This document shows, piece after piece, positions 1 through 16,324 of a stretch of 64,000 bases of DNA. Source of the DNA: the human T2T-CHM13v2.0 reference genome, Homo sapiens. Below the pieces are notes generated by a model. It made no database searches, was not told where the DNA came from, and saw only the letters and a list, made by a program, of their open reading frames with translations. Location: the NCBI RefSeq assembly GCF_009914755.1, contig NC_060947.1. The stretch is one strand, 5' to 3'. The position numbers and the translations under genes are program-made. Position 1 is the stretch's first letter. The number at the start of each line of letters is the position of its first letter.

Positions 1-260
1 AAGCACTTCTCTGTATTGGTTATTCTAGTTATACATTCTTCTAAATTTTTTTCAAAGTTTTCAACTTCTTTGCCTTTGGTTTGAATGTCCTCCCGTAGCT
101 CAGAGCAATTTGATCGTCTGAAGCCTTCTTCTCTCAGCTCGTCAAAGTCATTCTCCATCCAGCTTTGTTCCGTTGCTGGTGAGGAACTGCGTTCCTTTGG
201 AGGAGGAGAGGTGCTCTGCTTTTTAGAGTTTCCAGTTCTTCTGTTCCGTTTTTTCCCCAT
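1..260 (-). CDS. L1 ORF1p N-terminus (partial; frame open to window edge)
   Basis: Manual translation from ATG at 260: MGKKRNRRTGNSKKQSTSPPPKERSSSPATEQSWMENDFDELREEGFRRSNCSELREDIQTKGKEVENFEKNLEECITRITNTEKC, near-identical to the human L1 ORF1p N-terminus. Confidence 0.9.
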   Translation of the reverse strand, partial: MGKKRNRRTGNSKKQSTSPPPKERSSSPATEQSWMENDFDELREEGFRRSNCSELREDIQTKGKEVENFEKNLEECITRITNTEKC

Positions 261-715
261 CTTTGTGGTTTTATCTACTTTTGGTCTTTGATGATGGTGA
301 TGTACAGATGGGTTTTTGGTGTGGATGTCCTTTCTGTTTGTTAGTTTTCCTTTTAACAGAGAGGACCCTCAGCTGCAGGTCTGTTGGAGTACCCGGCCGT
401 GTGAGGTGTCAGTGTGCCCCTGCTGGGGGGTGCCTCCCAGTTAGGCTGCTCGGGGATCAGGGGTCAGGGACCCACGTGAGGAGGCAATCTGCCCGTTCTC
501 AGATCTCCAGCTGCGTGCTGGGAGAACCACTGCTCTCTTCAAAGCTGTCAGACAGGGACATTTAAGTCTGCAGAGGTTACTGCTGTCTTTTTGTTTGTCT
601 GTGCCCTGCCCCCAGAGGTGGAGCCTACAGAGGCAGGCTGGCCTCCTTGATCTGTGGTAGTCTCCACCCAGTTGGAGCTTCCCGGCTGCTTTGTTTACCT
701 AAGCAAGCCTGGGCA

Positions 716-790
716 ATGGAGGGCGCCCCTCCCCCAGCCTCGCTGCCGCCCCGCAGCTCCATCTCAGAGTGCTGTGCTAGCAACCAGTGA
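716..790 (+). pseudogene. L1 ORF0 (antisense ORF of the primate L1 5'UTR), truncated at codon 25
   Basis: ATG at 716 gives MEGAPPPASLPPRSSISECCASNQ*, versus ORF0 as I recall it, MAGAPPPASLPPCSLISDCCASNQR...; TGA at 788-790 replaces CGA; ORF0-like residues continue in frame (ORF track 797..1024). Confidence 0.8.
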
Positions 791-1358
791 GACTCCGTGG
801 GCGCAGGAACCTCCGAGCCAGGTGCGGGATACAATCTCGCGGTGCGCCGCTTTCCAAGCCCGTCGGAAAAGCGCAGTATTCGGGTGGGAGTGACCCGATT
901 TTCCAGGTGCCGTCCGTCACCCCTTTCTTTGACTCAGAAAGGGAACTCCCTGACCCCTTGCGCTTCCCAAGTGAGGCAATGCCTCGTCCTGCTTCGGGTC
1001 GCGCACGGTGCGCACACCCACTGACCTGCGCCCACTGTCTGGCACTCCCTAGTGAGATGAACCCGGTACCTCAGATGGAAATGCAGAAATCACCCGTCTT
1101 CTGCGTCGCTTACTCTGGGAGCTGTAGACCGGAGCTGCTCCTATTCGGCCATCTTGGCTCCTCCTCCTCCATGATGTTTTTTGATACATAAAAGTCTTAA
1201 ATTTTCATGAAATCCAATTTACCTATTTTTTTTTCTTTTGTTACTTTTGGTTTCCTTTCCAAGGATCCATTGTCAAATACTAGATTATGAAGATTTTCAC
1301 TTTTTTTTTTTTTTGAGAGTTTTACAGTTTTAGGTCTTATATTTTGGTTGATACTTCT

Positions 1359-1648
1359 CTGTTGTTGTTGTTTTTGAGGTGGAGTCTCCCTCTGTCGCCC
1401 AGGCTGGAGTGTAGTGGTGTGATCTCGGCTCACGGCAACCTCCACCTCCCAGGTTCAAGCCATTATCCTCCTGAGTAGCTGGGAATACAGGTGTGTGCCA
1501 CCACGCCTGGCTAATTTTTTGTATTTTTAGTAGAGATGGGGTTTCACCGTGTTAGCCAGGATGGTCTCAATCTCCTGATCTTGTGATCCGCCCACCTCGG
1601 CCTCCCAAAGCACTGGGATTACAGGCATGAGCCTCCGTGCCCTGCCCA
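1359..1648 (-). mobile_element. Alu (S/Y-type)
   Basis: Antisense Alu body with (TTG)n/T tail; TTGATACTT duplicated on both flanks. Confidence 0.92.
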
Positions 1649-2496
1649 GATTGATACTTTCTAAAATTTTAGTAACGTGTGCAAACAAGGTTGATACATT
1701 TTGACTTGATTTTTGTACATGGTGTCAGATAAGGGTCCAACTTTATTCTTTTCATATAGAAGTTCAATTGTCCTGGCACCATATGTTGGAAAGGCTATTC
1801 TTTCCCCCAGTGAATGGTTTCAACATCCTTATCAAAAACGATTAGCCACAGATGGCTGCATTCATTTCTGGCCTTTCAATTTTATTTCATTCATCTATAT
1901 GTCTATACTTATGCCAGTACTGCACTGTTTTGATTTTAGTACCTTCATAGTAATTTTAGAGATTGAGAAAAATGTCCTCCAACTTTCTTCATCTTTTTCA
2001 AGATTGTGTTAGCTATTCAGGGCCCCTTGTAGTTTCACATAAATTTTAGGATTAAAAAAAAATTTTGAGGATTAGCCTTCCCATTTCTGTAAGAAAAAAA
2101 CCTGTTGGAATTTGCTACAGATTGCATTAAATCTGTAGACCATTTGAGATAGTATTGTGTTTTAAAAAAATATTAAGCCTTCATACCAATTAACATGGAA
2201 TGCTTTTTGTATATTTAGGTTTTCTTAAACTTATTTCATCAAAGTTTCCTAGTTTCAGTGTACAAGTTGTTCAACTCCTTGGTTAAATTTATTTTTAGCT
2301 ATTTTATTCTTTTAGATGCCATTTTAACAGAATTTCTTTACTAATCACCTTTCTGGATTCTGTTGAATAGAAATACAAGTGATTTTGTGTGTTGACATTG
2401 TACCCCACAATTTGGCTGAATTTGATTATTAGCTCTAATAGCTTTTGTTGTGGATTATTTGGGATTTTTAAATATATGGGATCATGTCATCTGTGA

Positions 2497-3242
<746 letters not shown>

Positions 3243-3620
3243 AGCATCTTTGTCTTGTTCTTGATCTTAAAGGGGAAAAGTTTTCAGTTTTTCATAATTG
3301 AGTATGTTAGCTGTGAGTTTTTCCATAAATGTTCTTTTTCATGTTGAGAAAGTTTCCTTTTATTCCTAGTTTTCTGAGTGTTTTTATCATCAAAAGGTAT
3401 AGATTTTGTGAAATGCTTTTCCAGTCTCAATTGAGAAGACCATGTGGGTTTTTCCTCTTCCTTCTTATTAATGTAATATATTACATTGATTGGCTTTTCT
3501 TAGGTTGAATGTTCCTTCAATTCATGTGATAAATCCTACATGATTATGATGTATAATCCTTTTAATATGTGACTAGATTTGCTTTGTTAGTATTTAGTTG
3601 AGGACCTTTGCCTCTAAATT

Positions 3621-3915
3621 CATAAGGGAGTTTAGTCTGTATTTTTTTTTTAACATTGTATGCCTTCATCTGGCTTTGGTATTAGGTTAATTCTGTCCTC
3701 AAAGAATGAGTTAGAAAGTATTCCCCCTTCTATTTCTTGAAAGAGTTTCATAAGGGATGTTAGCCTGTAATTTCTTTCTTTCTTTTTTTTCTTTCTTTTC
3801 TTTTTTTTTTTTTTTTACATTGTATGTCTTCATCTGGCTTTAGTATCAGGTTAATTCTGGCCTCAAATAATGAGTTATAAAGTATTCCCCCTTCTTCTAT
3901 TTTTTGAAAGAGTTT
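3621..3915. repeat. Diverged tandem duplication (~130 bp unit) inside the old L1
   Basis: cataaggga...acattgtatg(c/t)cttcatctggcttt...aaagtattcccccttc...gaaagagttt occurs twice (from 3621 and from 3749); second copy has an expanded T tract. Confidence 0.8.
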
Positions 3916-3932
3916 GAAAATAATTGGCTTTA

Positions 3933-4318
<386 letters not shown>

Positions 4319-4496
4319 TCACTGCTATTGCAATCTCTGCTTGTTATAGGTAGGTTAAGATTTTCTATTTCTTCTTGAGTTGCTTTAGGGAATTTTTGTG
4401 TTTCTAGGAATTTGTCCACTTAATCTAATTTATTCATGAGCAATTGTTTATAGTATTCTTTTGTAATAATTTTTATTTTTGCAAGGCTGGTAGTAA

Positions 4497-4809
<313 letters not shown>

Positions 4810-5061
4810 TATTTTACTTACTTATTCCCTCTTTCTTCTATTGTCATTCTGTGCAAAAGTTTGTCAATTTTGTTGATTTTTAAAAATGAACCAACTTTGG
4901 GTTTCATTCATTCTTTCTACTGTTTTTCTATTCTCCATTTTGTTTATCTCCACTCTAATGTTTATTATTTCCTCCCTTCTGCTAGTTTTGTGTTTAGTGG
5001 GTTTTTTTTTTTTTTCCTCAGTGGGTAAAGCGAAGTTGTTGACTTGAGCTCTCTCTTTTTA

Positions 5062-5370
<309 letters not shown>

Positions 5371-6177
5371 CTAATCAGTGTCTTCACTTTATTCCCAAAT
5401 TTTTGGTATGCTGTGTTTTCATCTTCATTCATCTCTAAGTATACTCTAACCTCCTTTTTAATTTCTTCTTTGACTCATTGGTTGCTTATGTCATTTAACT
5501 TCCACATATTTGCAAAATTTCCAGTTTTCCTTTAGTTATTGACTTCACTGCATGTGGTCGAGGAAGATACTTTGTATGGTTTCAATGTTTAAAAAATTTA
5601 TTGGGACTTGTTTTATGACCTAACATATGGTCTATTCTGGAGAATGTTTCATTTGCACTTCAGAAGAATGTGTGTTTTGAGAAGAATATGTATTCTGCTG
5701 TTGTTGAATGGAGTGTTCTATATTTGTTGGTCTAGCTGGTTTATGGTGCTGTTCAAATCCTCTACTTTCTTATTCATCTTCTGTCTATCCATTGTTTAGA
5801 ATAGGGTATTGTGTCTTCCACTGTTATTTTAGAACAGTGTATTTCTTCCTTCATTTCTGTCAGCTTATTTCATATTTTGAGGTTTTAACTGTTTGTTGCA
5901 CATATGTTTATAATAATTATACATTATTAATGAATTGACCCTTTTATCAATATATAATTTCATTCTTTGTTTCTTGTAACAGTTTGTTTTGTTTGATACA
6001 TATATTGCCACCCAGCTATCTTTTGGTTACTATTTGCATGGAATGCTTTTTCTCCATCCTTTTATGTTCAACCTATTTGTGTCTTTGAATATAAAGTGAG
6101 ACTGTTGTAGACAGACAACATATAGTTGGATCATGTTTTCTAACTATCCTGCCAATTTCTGCCTTTTGATTGGATGA

Positions 6178-6685
<508 letters not shown>

Positions 6686-7678
6686 TCTTAAAGTCTTTGT
6701 CTCAAGTCCATTGTCTGGACTTCCTTGAGGATGGCTTCTATCCATTTATTTTGCTACTTTCCCATTTTTTTGTATGCTTTGTGATTTGTTTTTGTTGAAA
6801 ACTGTACGTTTGAATATTATAGTGTGGTAACTGTGGAAATCAGATTCTCCTCTTTCTTCAGGGTTTGCTGTTTCGTTGATTGTTGAAGGCTGTTGTAGTC
6901 TGTATGTTTAGTAACTTTTCCAATCTATTTTTGCAAAGGTTGTATCCCTTGTCACGTATGGTCACTGAAGTTTCTGGGTTTTTTTTTAAAAAGCTTATGT
7001 TCAGCTGGTGTTTTCATAGAGATTTCCTTGAATTCCAGGAGCTGGAAACAAAAACAAACAATAAACAACAACAACAACAGAAAAGCAAACTCTTCCTCCT
7101 GCTGAAAAACCCCCAAATCAAAACCAAACACCTCTCCCAGTCTTTGCAGATTGTCTCTGTGCTGAGACAATCCAACACTTATCCAGGCTTACACTGAGCC
7201 TGAAGTGAATGCTTAGTATGGTCTAAGTTCTGAGTTAAAATAAACAAAAACAAGTGCCTGTGTCAGTCTTTCAGGAAGCCCCTAGAGAGACTAGAATGGA
7301 CTTACACTATGATTTGTGATTAATACCTGCTATGCTATTCCTGGAACCAGGGATCAGGGTCCCACACTGGGAACATGGGATGCCACTGCTTTAAGACTGC
7401 CACTACACCCTGGAGGAGATGGGACAAGGACAAGTAAACACACTACACAATTTACTTACCATTTTCAGCTGCCTTTTTTCCCTTTTTTCCTTGATTTACT
7501 TGGTTGTTGTAAACATTTTGACTGTTTTCCAGAGTTTTGACAAAGTTGGTTCTGACAGTTTCTGCTTGTTTTTTGATATTTCTGTGGAGGGATGAGAACT
7601 TGAAGCTGTCTATACTGCCATTTTGCTGCATGGTCTATAATTTTTAAATAAGAGCTTTATTGAGATTTAACTGACATA

Positions 7679-7745
7679 TGTATTAGTCCATATGTATTAA
7701 TACATATGTATTAGTCCATATGTATTAATACATATGTATTAGTCC
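7679..7745. repeat. 28-bp tandem repeat containing 20-bp perfect palindromes at the THE1 LTR edge
   Basis: (TGTATTAGTCCATATGTATTAATACATA)x2 + TGTATTAGTCC; palindrome CATATGTATTAATACATATG at 7689-7708 and 7717-7736. Confidence 0.9.
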
Positions 7746-10295
7746 ATTTTCATGCTGCTGATAAAGACATACCTGAGACTGTCGAGAAAAAGAGGTTTAA
7801 TTGGACTTACAATTCCACATGGCTGGGGCAACCTCAGAATCATGGCAGGAGACGAAAGGCACTTCTTACATGGCAGTGGCAAGAGAAAATGAGAGAGAAG
7901 CAAAAGTGGAAACCCCTGATAAACCCATCAGATCTCATGAGACTTTTCCACTGTCATGAAAATATCATGGGAATGACCGGCCCCCATGATTCAATTACCT
8001 CCCCCTGGGTCCCATTGTGGGAATTCTAGGAGTTACAGTTAAATTGAGATTTGGGTGGGGACACAGCCAAACCATATCATTTTGCCCCAGTCCCCTCCAA
8101 ATCTCATATCCTCACATTTCAAAACCAATCATACCTTCCCAACAGTCCCCAAAAATCTTAACTCATTTCAGCATTAACCCAAAAGTCCATAGTCCAAAGT
8201 CTCACCTGAGACAAGGCAAGTCCCCTCTGCCTATAAGCCTGTACAATCAAAGGCAAGCTAGTTACTTCTTAGATACAATGGTAGTACAGGTATTGGGTAA
8301 ATGCAACCATTCCATATAGGAGAAATTGGCCAAAACAAGGAGGTTACAGGGCCCATGCAAGTCTGAAATCCAGTGGGGTGGTCAAATTTTAAAGCTCCAA
8401 AATGACCTCCTTTGATTCCAGTTCTCACATCCAGTTCACAATGATGCAAGAGATGGGTTCCCATGGTTTTGGGCAGCTCCACCCTTGTGGCTTTGCAGGG
8501 TACAGCCTCCCTCCTGGCTGGCATTAATATCTGTGGCTTTTCCAGGTGCACAATGCAAGCTGTTGGTGGAGCTACCATTCTGGGGCCTGGAGGACGGTGG
8601 CCCACTTTTCACAGTGCCCCAGTAGGGACTCTGTGTGGGGGCTCCAGCCCCACATTTCCATTCTGCACTTCCCTAGCAGAAGTTCTCTATGAGGGCTCCG
8701 CCCCAGCAGCAAACTTTTGCTTGGGCATCCAGGTCCCATACATCTTCTGAAATCTAGGCAGAGGTTCCCAAGCCTCAATTCTTGACTTCTGTGCACCTGC
8801 AGGCTCAGCACCACATGGAAGCTGCCAGGGCTTGGGGCTTCCACCCTCTGAAGCCACAGCCTGAGCTCTACGTTGGCCCCTTTCAGCCATGGCTGGAGTG
8901 GCTGGGACACAGGGCACCAAGTCCCTAGGCTGCACGCAGCTCAGGGACCCTGGGGCTGGCTCACGAAACCACTTTTTCCTCCTCGGCCTTCGGGCCTGTG
9001 ATAGGAGGGGCTGCAGTGAAGACCTCTGACATGGCCTGGAGACATTTTCCCCCATGGTCTTGGGGATTAACATTAGGCTCCTTGCTACTTATGCAAATTT
9101 CTGCAGCAAGCTTCAATTTGTCCTTAAAAAAAATGTTTTTTTTTTCTACTGCATCATCAGGCTTCAAATTTTCTGAATTTTTATGCTGTTTCCTTTTTAA
9201 AACAGAATGTTTTTGGGGAGGTGCAGTGGATCACACCTGTAATCCTAACACTTTGGGAGGCCGAGGTGGGCGGATCACCTGAGGTCAAGAGTTTGAGACC
9301 AGCCTGGCCAACATGGTGAAACCCTGTCTCTGCTAAAAATACAAAAAATTAGCCAGGCGTGATGGCGGGTATCTATGATCCTAGCTACTCAGGAGGCTGA
9401 GGCAGGAGAATCGCTTAAACCTGGAAAGTGGAGGTTGCAGTCAGTGAGCCAAGATCATGCCACTGCACTCCAGCCTGGGCAATAGAGCGAGACTCCATCT
9501 CAAAAAAAAAAAAAAAGGAATGTTTTTAACAGTACCCAAGTCACCTCTTGAATGCTTTGCTGCCTAGAAATTTCTTCCACCAGATACCCTAAATCATCTC
9601 TCTCAAGTTCAAAGTTCCACAAATCTCTAGGGCAGGGGCAAAATTCCACCAGTCTCTTTGCTGAAACATAACAAGAGTCACTTTTGCTCCAGTTCCCAAC
9701 AAGTTCCTCATCGCCATCTGAGACCACCTCAGCCTGGACCTTATTGTTCATATCACTATCAGCATTTTTGTCAAAGCCATTCAACAAGTCTCTGGGAAGT
9801 TTCAAACTTTCCCACATTTTCCTGTCTTCTTCTGAGCCCTCCAAACTGTTCCAGCCTCTGCCTGTTACCCAGTTCCAAAGTTGCTTCCACATTTTTGGGT
9901 ATCTTTTCAGTAGTGCCCCACTCTACTGGTATCAGTTTACTGTATTAGTCTGTTTTCATGCTGCTGATAAAGACATACCCGAGACTGGGAAGAGAAAGAG
10001 GTTTAATTGGACTTACAGTTCCACATGGCTGGGGAGGCCTCAGAACCATGGCAGGAGGTGAAAGACACTTCTTACATGGTGGTGGCAAGAGCAAAATGAG
10101 GAAGAAGCAAAAGCAGAAACCCCAGATAAATCCAGCAGATCTTGTGAGACTTATTCACTATCATGAGAATAGCGTGGGAAAGACTCGCCCCCATGATTAA
10201 ATTACACCCCCACCGGTCCCCACCACAACTTGTGGAAATTCTGGGAGATACAATTCAAGTTGAGATTTGGGTGGGGACACAGCCAAACCATATCA
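7735..10295 (-). mobile_element. Full-length THE1 (ERVL-MaLR; THE1A-like) provirus: LTR-internal-LTR
   Basis: Two homologous LTRs, 7735-8079 and 9941-10295, whose reverse complements start TGATATGGTTTGGCTGTGTCCCCACCCAAATCTCA; THE1-int between them; right LTR is 355 bp. Confidence 0.93.
9216..9516 (+). mobile_element. Alu inserted in THE1-int
   Basis: Alu consensus plus poly-A; TSD GAATGTTTTT. Confidence 0.92.
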
Positions 10296-10331
10296 CCATG
10301 GAATTCAGTCTTTTAAAGTGTACAATTCACT

Positions 10332-10667
<336 letters not shown>

Positions 10668-10723
10668 TCATCACCACTATCAAAATGTAAAACATTTGTG
10701 TCACCCTAAAAAGAAACCCTAAA

Positions 10724-11056
<333 letters not shown>

Positions 11057-11423
11057 TCAAAAACCCTGCACCTTTTACCAGTCACTCCCATTCCTTTCAC
11101 CCTCCTTACCCCAGCGCTAGGCAACCACTAGTCTACTTTCTATCTCTATGGATTTGCCTTTTCTGAATATTTCATATAAATGAAATCATACATTTTGTGG
11201 TCTTTTGTTACTGATTTCTTTCACTTGGTACAATTTTGCATGGTTCATATCATATCATGTGTCAATACTTCCTTTTAAAAATTTTTTGAAATTTTAATTT
11301 TGAGATAATAGTAGATTTACATACAGTTGAAATAAATACTATAGTCCCCTGCATTTTTCCTCAGTTACCTGCACTCATAAAATCTTGCATAACTATTGTG
11401 TAATATCACAACCAGGATATTGA

Positions 11424-11825
<402 letters not shown>

Positions 11826-12119
11826 CCCTACATCCTTCTTAACCGCTGACAACCACTATTCTGTTTTCCATGCATTTAATTTTGTCCTTTCAAAAATGTT
11901 ATATGAATGGATTCTTACAATGTGTAATCCTTGAGATTGACTTTTTTCACTCAGTATGATTCTTTTAAAGTTAATCCAAATTGTCACCTATATCAATAGT
12001 TCATTCCTTTTTACTGCTGAATAGTATTCCATGTTATTGATGCACCGCAGCTTGTTTATCCATTCACCCACTGAAGGACATTTGGGCAGTTTCTAGTTTG
12101 GCGCTATTATTATTACTTT

Positions 12120-12422
12120 ATTTTGAGACAGGGTCTCACTCTGTTGCCCATGCTGGAGTGCAGTCGCATGATCATGGCGCACTGCAGCCTCAACCTTCTG
12201 GGCTCAAGTGATCCTCTCACCTCAGCCTCTCAAGTAGCTGGGACAAGCATGTGCTACTACACCTGGCTGATTTTTTCATTTTTATATTTTGTAGACATGG
12301 AATCAAACTAAAGACCCAGGCTCGTTTCGGATTCCTGGGCTCAAGCAATCTTCTTGCCTCAGCATCCTAAAATGTTGGGATTACAGGCATGACCCACCCC
12401 ACCCCACCATGCCCAGCCTGGG
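12120..12422 (-). mobile_element. AluJ-like
   Basis: Diverged antisense Alu; GCTATTATTA duplicated on both flanks. Confidence 0.85.
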
Positions 12423-12521
12423 CTATTATTAATAAAACAGTTATGAGCATTCCTGTACAGGTTTTCTTGTGAACAGAAATGTTTAATACTCTGGGATAAA
12501 TGCCTAAATATGCAGTTACTG

Positions 12522-12889
12522 AGCGATGGTTTGAATGTGTCCCCCAAAAATCATGTGTTGGAAACTTAACCCCTAATGCAACAGTGTTGGAATGTGGGGC
12601 CTAATAATAGATTGTTAAGCCATGAGGCTGGAGTGAATGGATTAATGCTGTTATCGTGGGAGTGGGCTCATTATAAAAGGGGAAGTTTGGCCCCCTTTTA
12701 CCGTCTCTTCCTTACCCTTTATTTGCTCTTCTGCCATGGGATGATGCAGCAAGAAGGCCCTTGCCGGATGCTAACCTCTCGATTTTGGACTTTCGAGCCT
12801 CCAGAAAACATGAGTCAATAAATTTCTGTTCATTATAAATGATCCAATCTGTGGTATGCTGTTGTAGTAGAATGAAATAGACTAAGACA
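12522..12889 (+). mobile_element. MST-family (MaLR) solo LTR
   Basis: ...ATGGTTTGAATGTGTCCCCC...AATAAATTTCTGTTC...AGACTAAGACA; 5-bp TSD TACTG at 12517-12521 and 12890-12894. Confidence 0.88.
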
Positions 12890-14587
12890 TACTGGGTCAC
12901 ACTGTAGCTGCATTTCTAGTTTTATAAGAAACTACCAAACTATTTTTCAGAATGACTGTATCATTTTACATTCCCAACAACAATGTATGAGTGATTCAGT
13001 TTCTTCACATCCTTCACTGATTCAGTTCCTTAAATTTCTTCACATCGTTGGTGTTGTCGCTGTTTTTTTAATTGTAGCCATTCTGATAGCTGTGTAGTGA
13101 TGTCTCTTTGTATGACTTGGGCATATAGTACCTACCTCAGTGGGACTCGTGAAGGTTCACGTGTATAAAGTGTCTGGCACAGCTAGATAAATGTTAGCTA
13201 TAATTATTACTACATAGATGGAGATGACATGGTCCCTGCCATCAAAGTAGTTATTATCTCGTGGAAGACAAAGATGTGGAAACAAATAATGTTAATCCAG
13301 ATTGCTAAATGGAGGAGTCATGATCCAAAAAATATGGGACTCCAGACTGAAGATGAAGGATCATTAGGGAGGATTTCTCAGGAGAAGTAATCCTCAGCTA
13401 AGCCTTGAAGGATAAGTTAGCTTAGCTAAGCAAAGGGAGGGCTGGCATGGATTCATTTCAGGCAGAGAGGACAGAAAGGGCATATTATGGTAGCCACAGA
13501 TTTAATATGGCTGTAGGTTAGGGAGGTAGTAGTGGGAATAAGCCAGAGATGTAGCTGGGGAGGACATTGTGAGGGATCAAGCAAGGACCTACTTGTTACA
13601 AAAAAAGAGTTTAGACTTTACCCCCATAGACATTGGAGAGCCACAGAATCCCCAAGGGTGATATCTGACCGAGGTGGAGACTTTTTTTGCACCCCTTTTC
13701 TTCAGAAATTTCTGCCCAGATGCCCACTGGAAAGGAGGTGACTTCTTCATGGGACCCTTGGTAGGCTGGCATGCTCCCTTTTCAAGGGCTTCTGTTATAA
13801 AAAGCTCTTTATGCATTAGGCATATTTACAATTCTTCTCTAACCTACCACCAAACAAAGCACAAACATGGCCATAAACACTTAATTAATCACATCTCAGT
13901 TCTGATTAAGACAATAAACCCAGATCCCAGATTTCCATTCTTTAATTCACTGCCCCAGTGTGACCTGTATTTCCCCAGGCCTCTCACAGGCTTTCCTGCT
14001 CTCTCCTTTGTCCCTGCTCTAGTGAAATTCAGAAAACTTTGGCCTGATAAGGAAACTTGCATTCTCGGACTGGTCCGCTGTAAACTGGGCTGTGTTCCCT
14101 TGGGCCAGCCTCTTCTTCCTCTGAGCCTTAGTTGCCTCATCTGTATCAGGAAGCATGTCAGCCTTCAATGGTCTAACATTCTCTAAAGGTATTTGTAATA
14201 ATAGGAAGGAACCTTTCTCACACTTGTATTTTTCGATAGTTCATTCTCACAGAAATGCCATGAGAACCCTAACATGATGGATATTAGTCTCATTTTATTA
14301 AGAAAGAGGCTGTGTTTCAGAAGAATGGTCATGTGTCCAATGTCACACATCAGTTCAAGAGCAGAGTATGGCCTTGAACTTACTCGGTCCAGTGTCTTAC
14401 CACCAGACCACATCCCCTTCTTCACCTTCTTTATCAATTCCTTTCACTCATCTCCTTGTTTCCCCTGACTAGCTCCCATGACCCAACCACCACACCACAA
14501 AGGACAGTTTCATGCTAAAAAGAATCTACTGCTGTCCAGGGACCCAAGAATCCTTGGCCTGGCAAAGAGGACTGAGAAGAACAGTCA

Positions 14588-15085
<498 letters not shown>

Positions 15086-16324
15086 TCAGCACAAGGAAGT
15101 TTATTAATATTCTGATCACCTTCATGATGACTAATATAAAATGTTTTTAAATATCAGATAGGAAAGTATTCTCATTTTGGGGACTAGCTTTTTTCGCACT
15201 TGTTTGAGGGTGACTATCTACACATCTGCAGTACATGGTGGATGTGAGTGCCTGATCCACTTGGGCTCACTGCTGCTTGGGCTCACGTACCTTGGGGCCT
15301 TCTGTCTGTTATGGCCCCTGGGAGCCCTGTCAGTACCCCTCGGACACTGGACTCCACAGGGACCACTCCCAGGGCTCAGCCCAACCCTCCAGCCCAGGCT
15401 GTTGGCCTGATGCAAGGGTTTAGGGCAGGACAAATAATTGAGGCTCCTTTTTTATTCTGTCTTTATGGCTCCTACTCTCCCTTTTCCTCTCTGCCTGTCT
15501 CTGACTCTGTATACTTTTTCCCATATCTCTTTTTTTTCTTGTCCGCTGTATTCTTTCCTATTGCTTAGTATTTCTCCTTCTTTGCCCCAGTCTCTTGGAC
15601 TGTTTCTCCTTTTGTCTTATCCTTTCTGTTTGTTGCTCTGCCTCTTGTCTTTTCTTCTCTCTCTTACCCATACTCCAGTCTCTCCTTTTGTTTTTTGATG
15701 TCTATGGGTGTGTGTCTCAGTCTCAACCTCTCCCTGTCTTTGTCTGTCTCATTTTCTTTCCCATCCCAGAGCCCACAGGGACCTTTACAGAGGGTAAGCT
15801 GTTATATCCTGGGCTCTCTCTCCAGAAGAGATAGAAATGGTGACTTAGGGCTAAATTTAAACTTTTCAGGCCTGGGTGGGGGCCCTCCAGCAGACAGTTA
15901 AGGAAAAAGGAGGGAAAGCTGGTTTATTCAGTCAGGGGACGGAGACTGGGGTGGGAACTTGGCAAAGACTGTGAGTTCCAATGCAGTCCCAGCCCTACAC
16001 TCTCTGACTGAGGCCTTGAGGCTATTTTTGGAAGCTTTCAAAATATCCCAGAAGGCGTGTCTATCCCCTCCATTCAGTCTGGGATGCCAGAGGATTCACT
16101 GAAGATAGCATAACTGAAGCCTGTCCTGTATTCTTCCTTAGCTTCCACCAGCCACTGACAAAACAACAGTAACGCTGTCCCCAGATTGGGACATCATGGA
16201 AGAGAAGAGAGTAGTAGCAGCAGATCATGAGCCATCCAGAAAGTGGGAAGGGATGAATAACATGTGCCTCAATTCCCAAGACCCCAAAGTATCCAAGCTG
16301 GAAGGGATCCTAAAGGTCAGCTAG

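Larger units (their letters stand above)
1..1170 (-). mobile_element. Young LINE-1 (L1PA2/L1PA3-like) 5' end: complete 5'UTR plus start of ORF1; element continues left beyond the window
   Basis: Reverse complement begins GGAGGAGGAGGAGCCAAGATGGCCGAATAG, the canonical L1 start with the YY1 site CAAGATGGCC at 1147-1156; CpG-rich 5'UTR of ~910 nt precedes ORF1 ATG at 260. Confidence 0.97.

Noticed and set aside
8017-10200. ORFs within THE1-int (e.g. 9500..9892)
   Set aside because: Fragmented remnants of the MaLR internal ORF, interrupted by stops and an Alu
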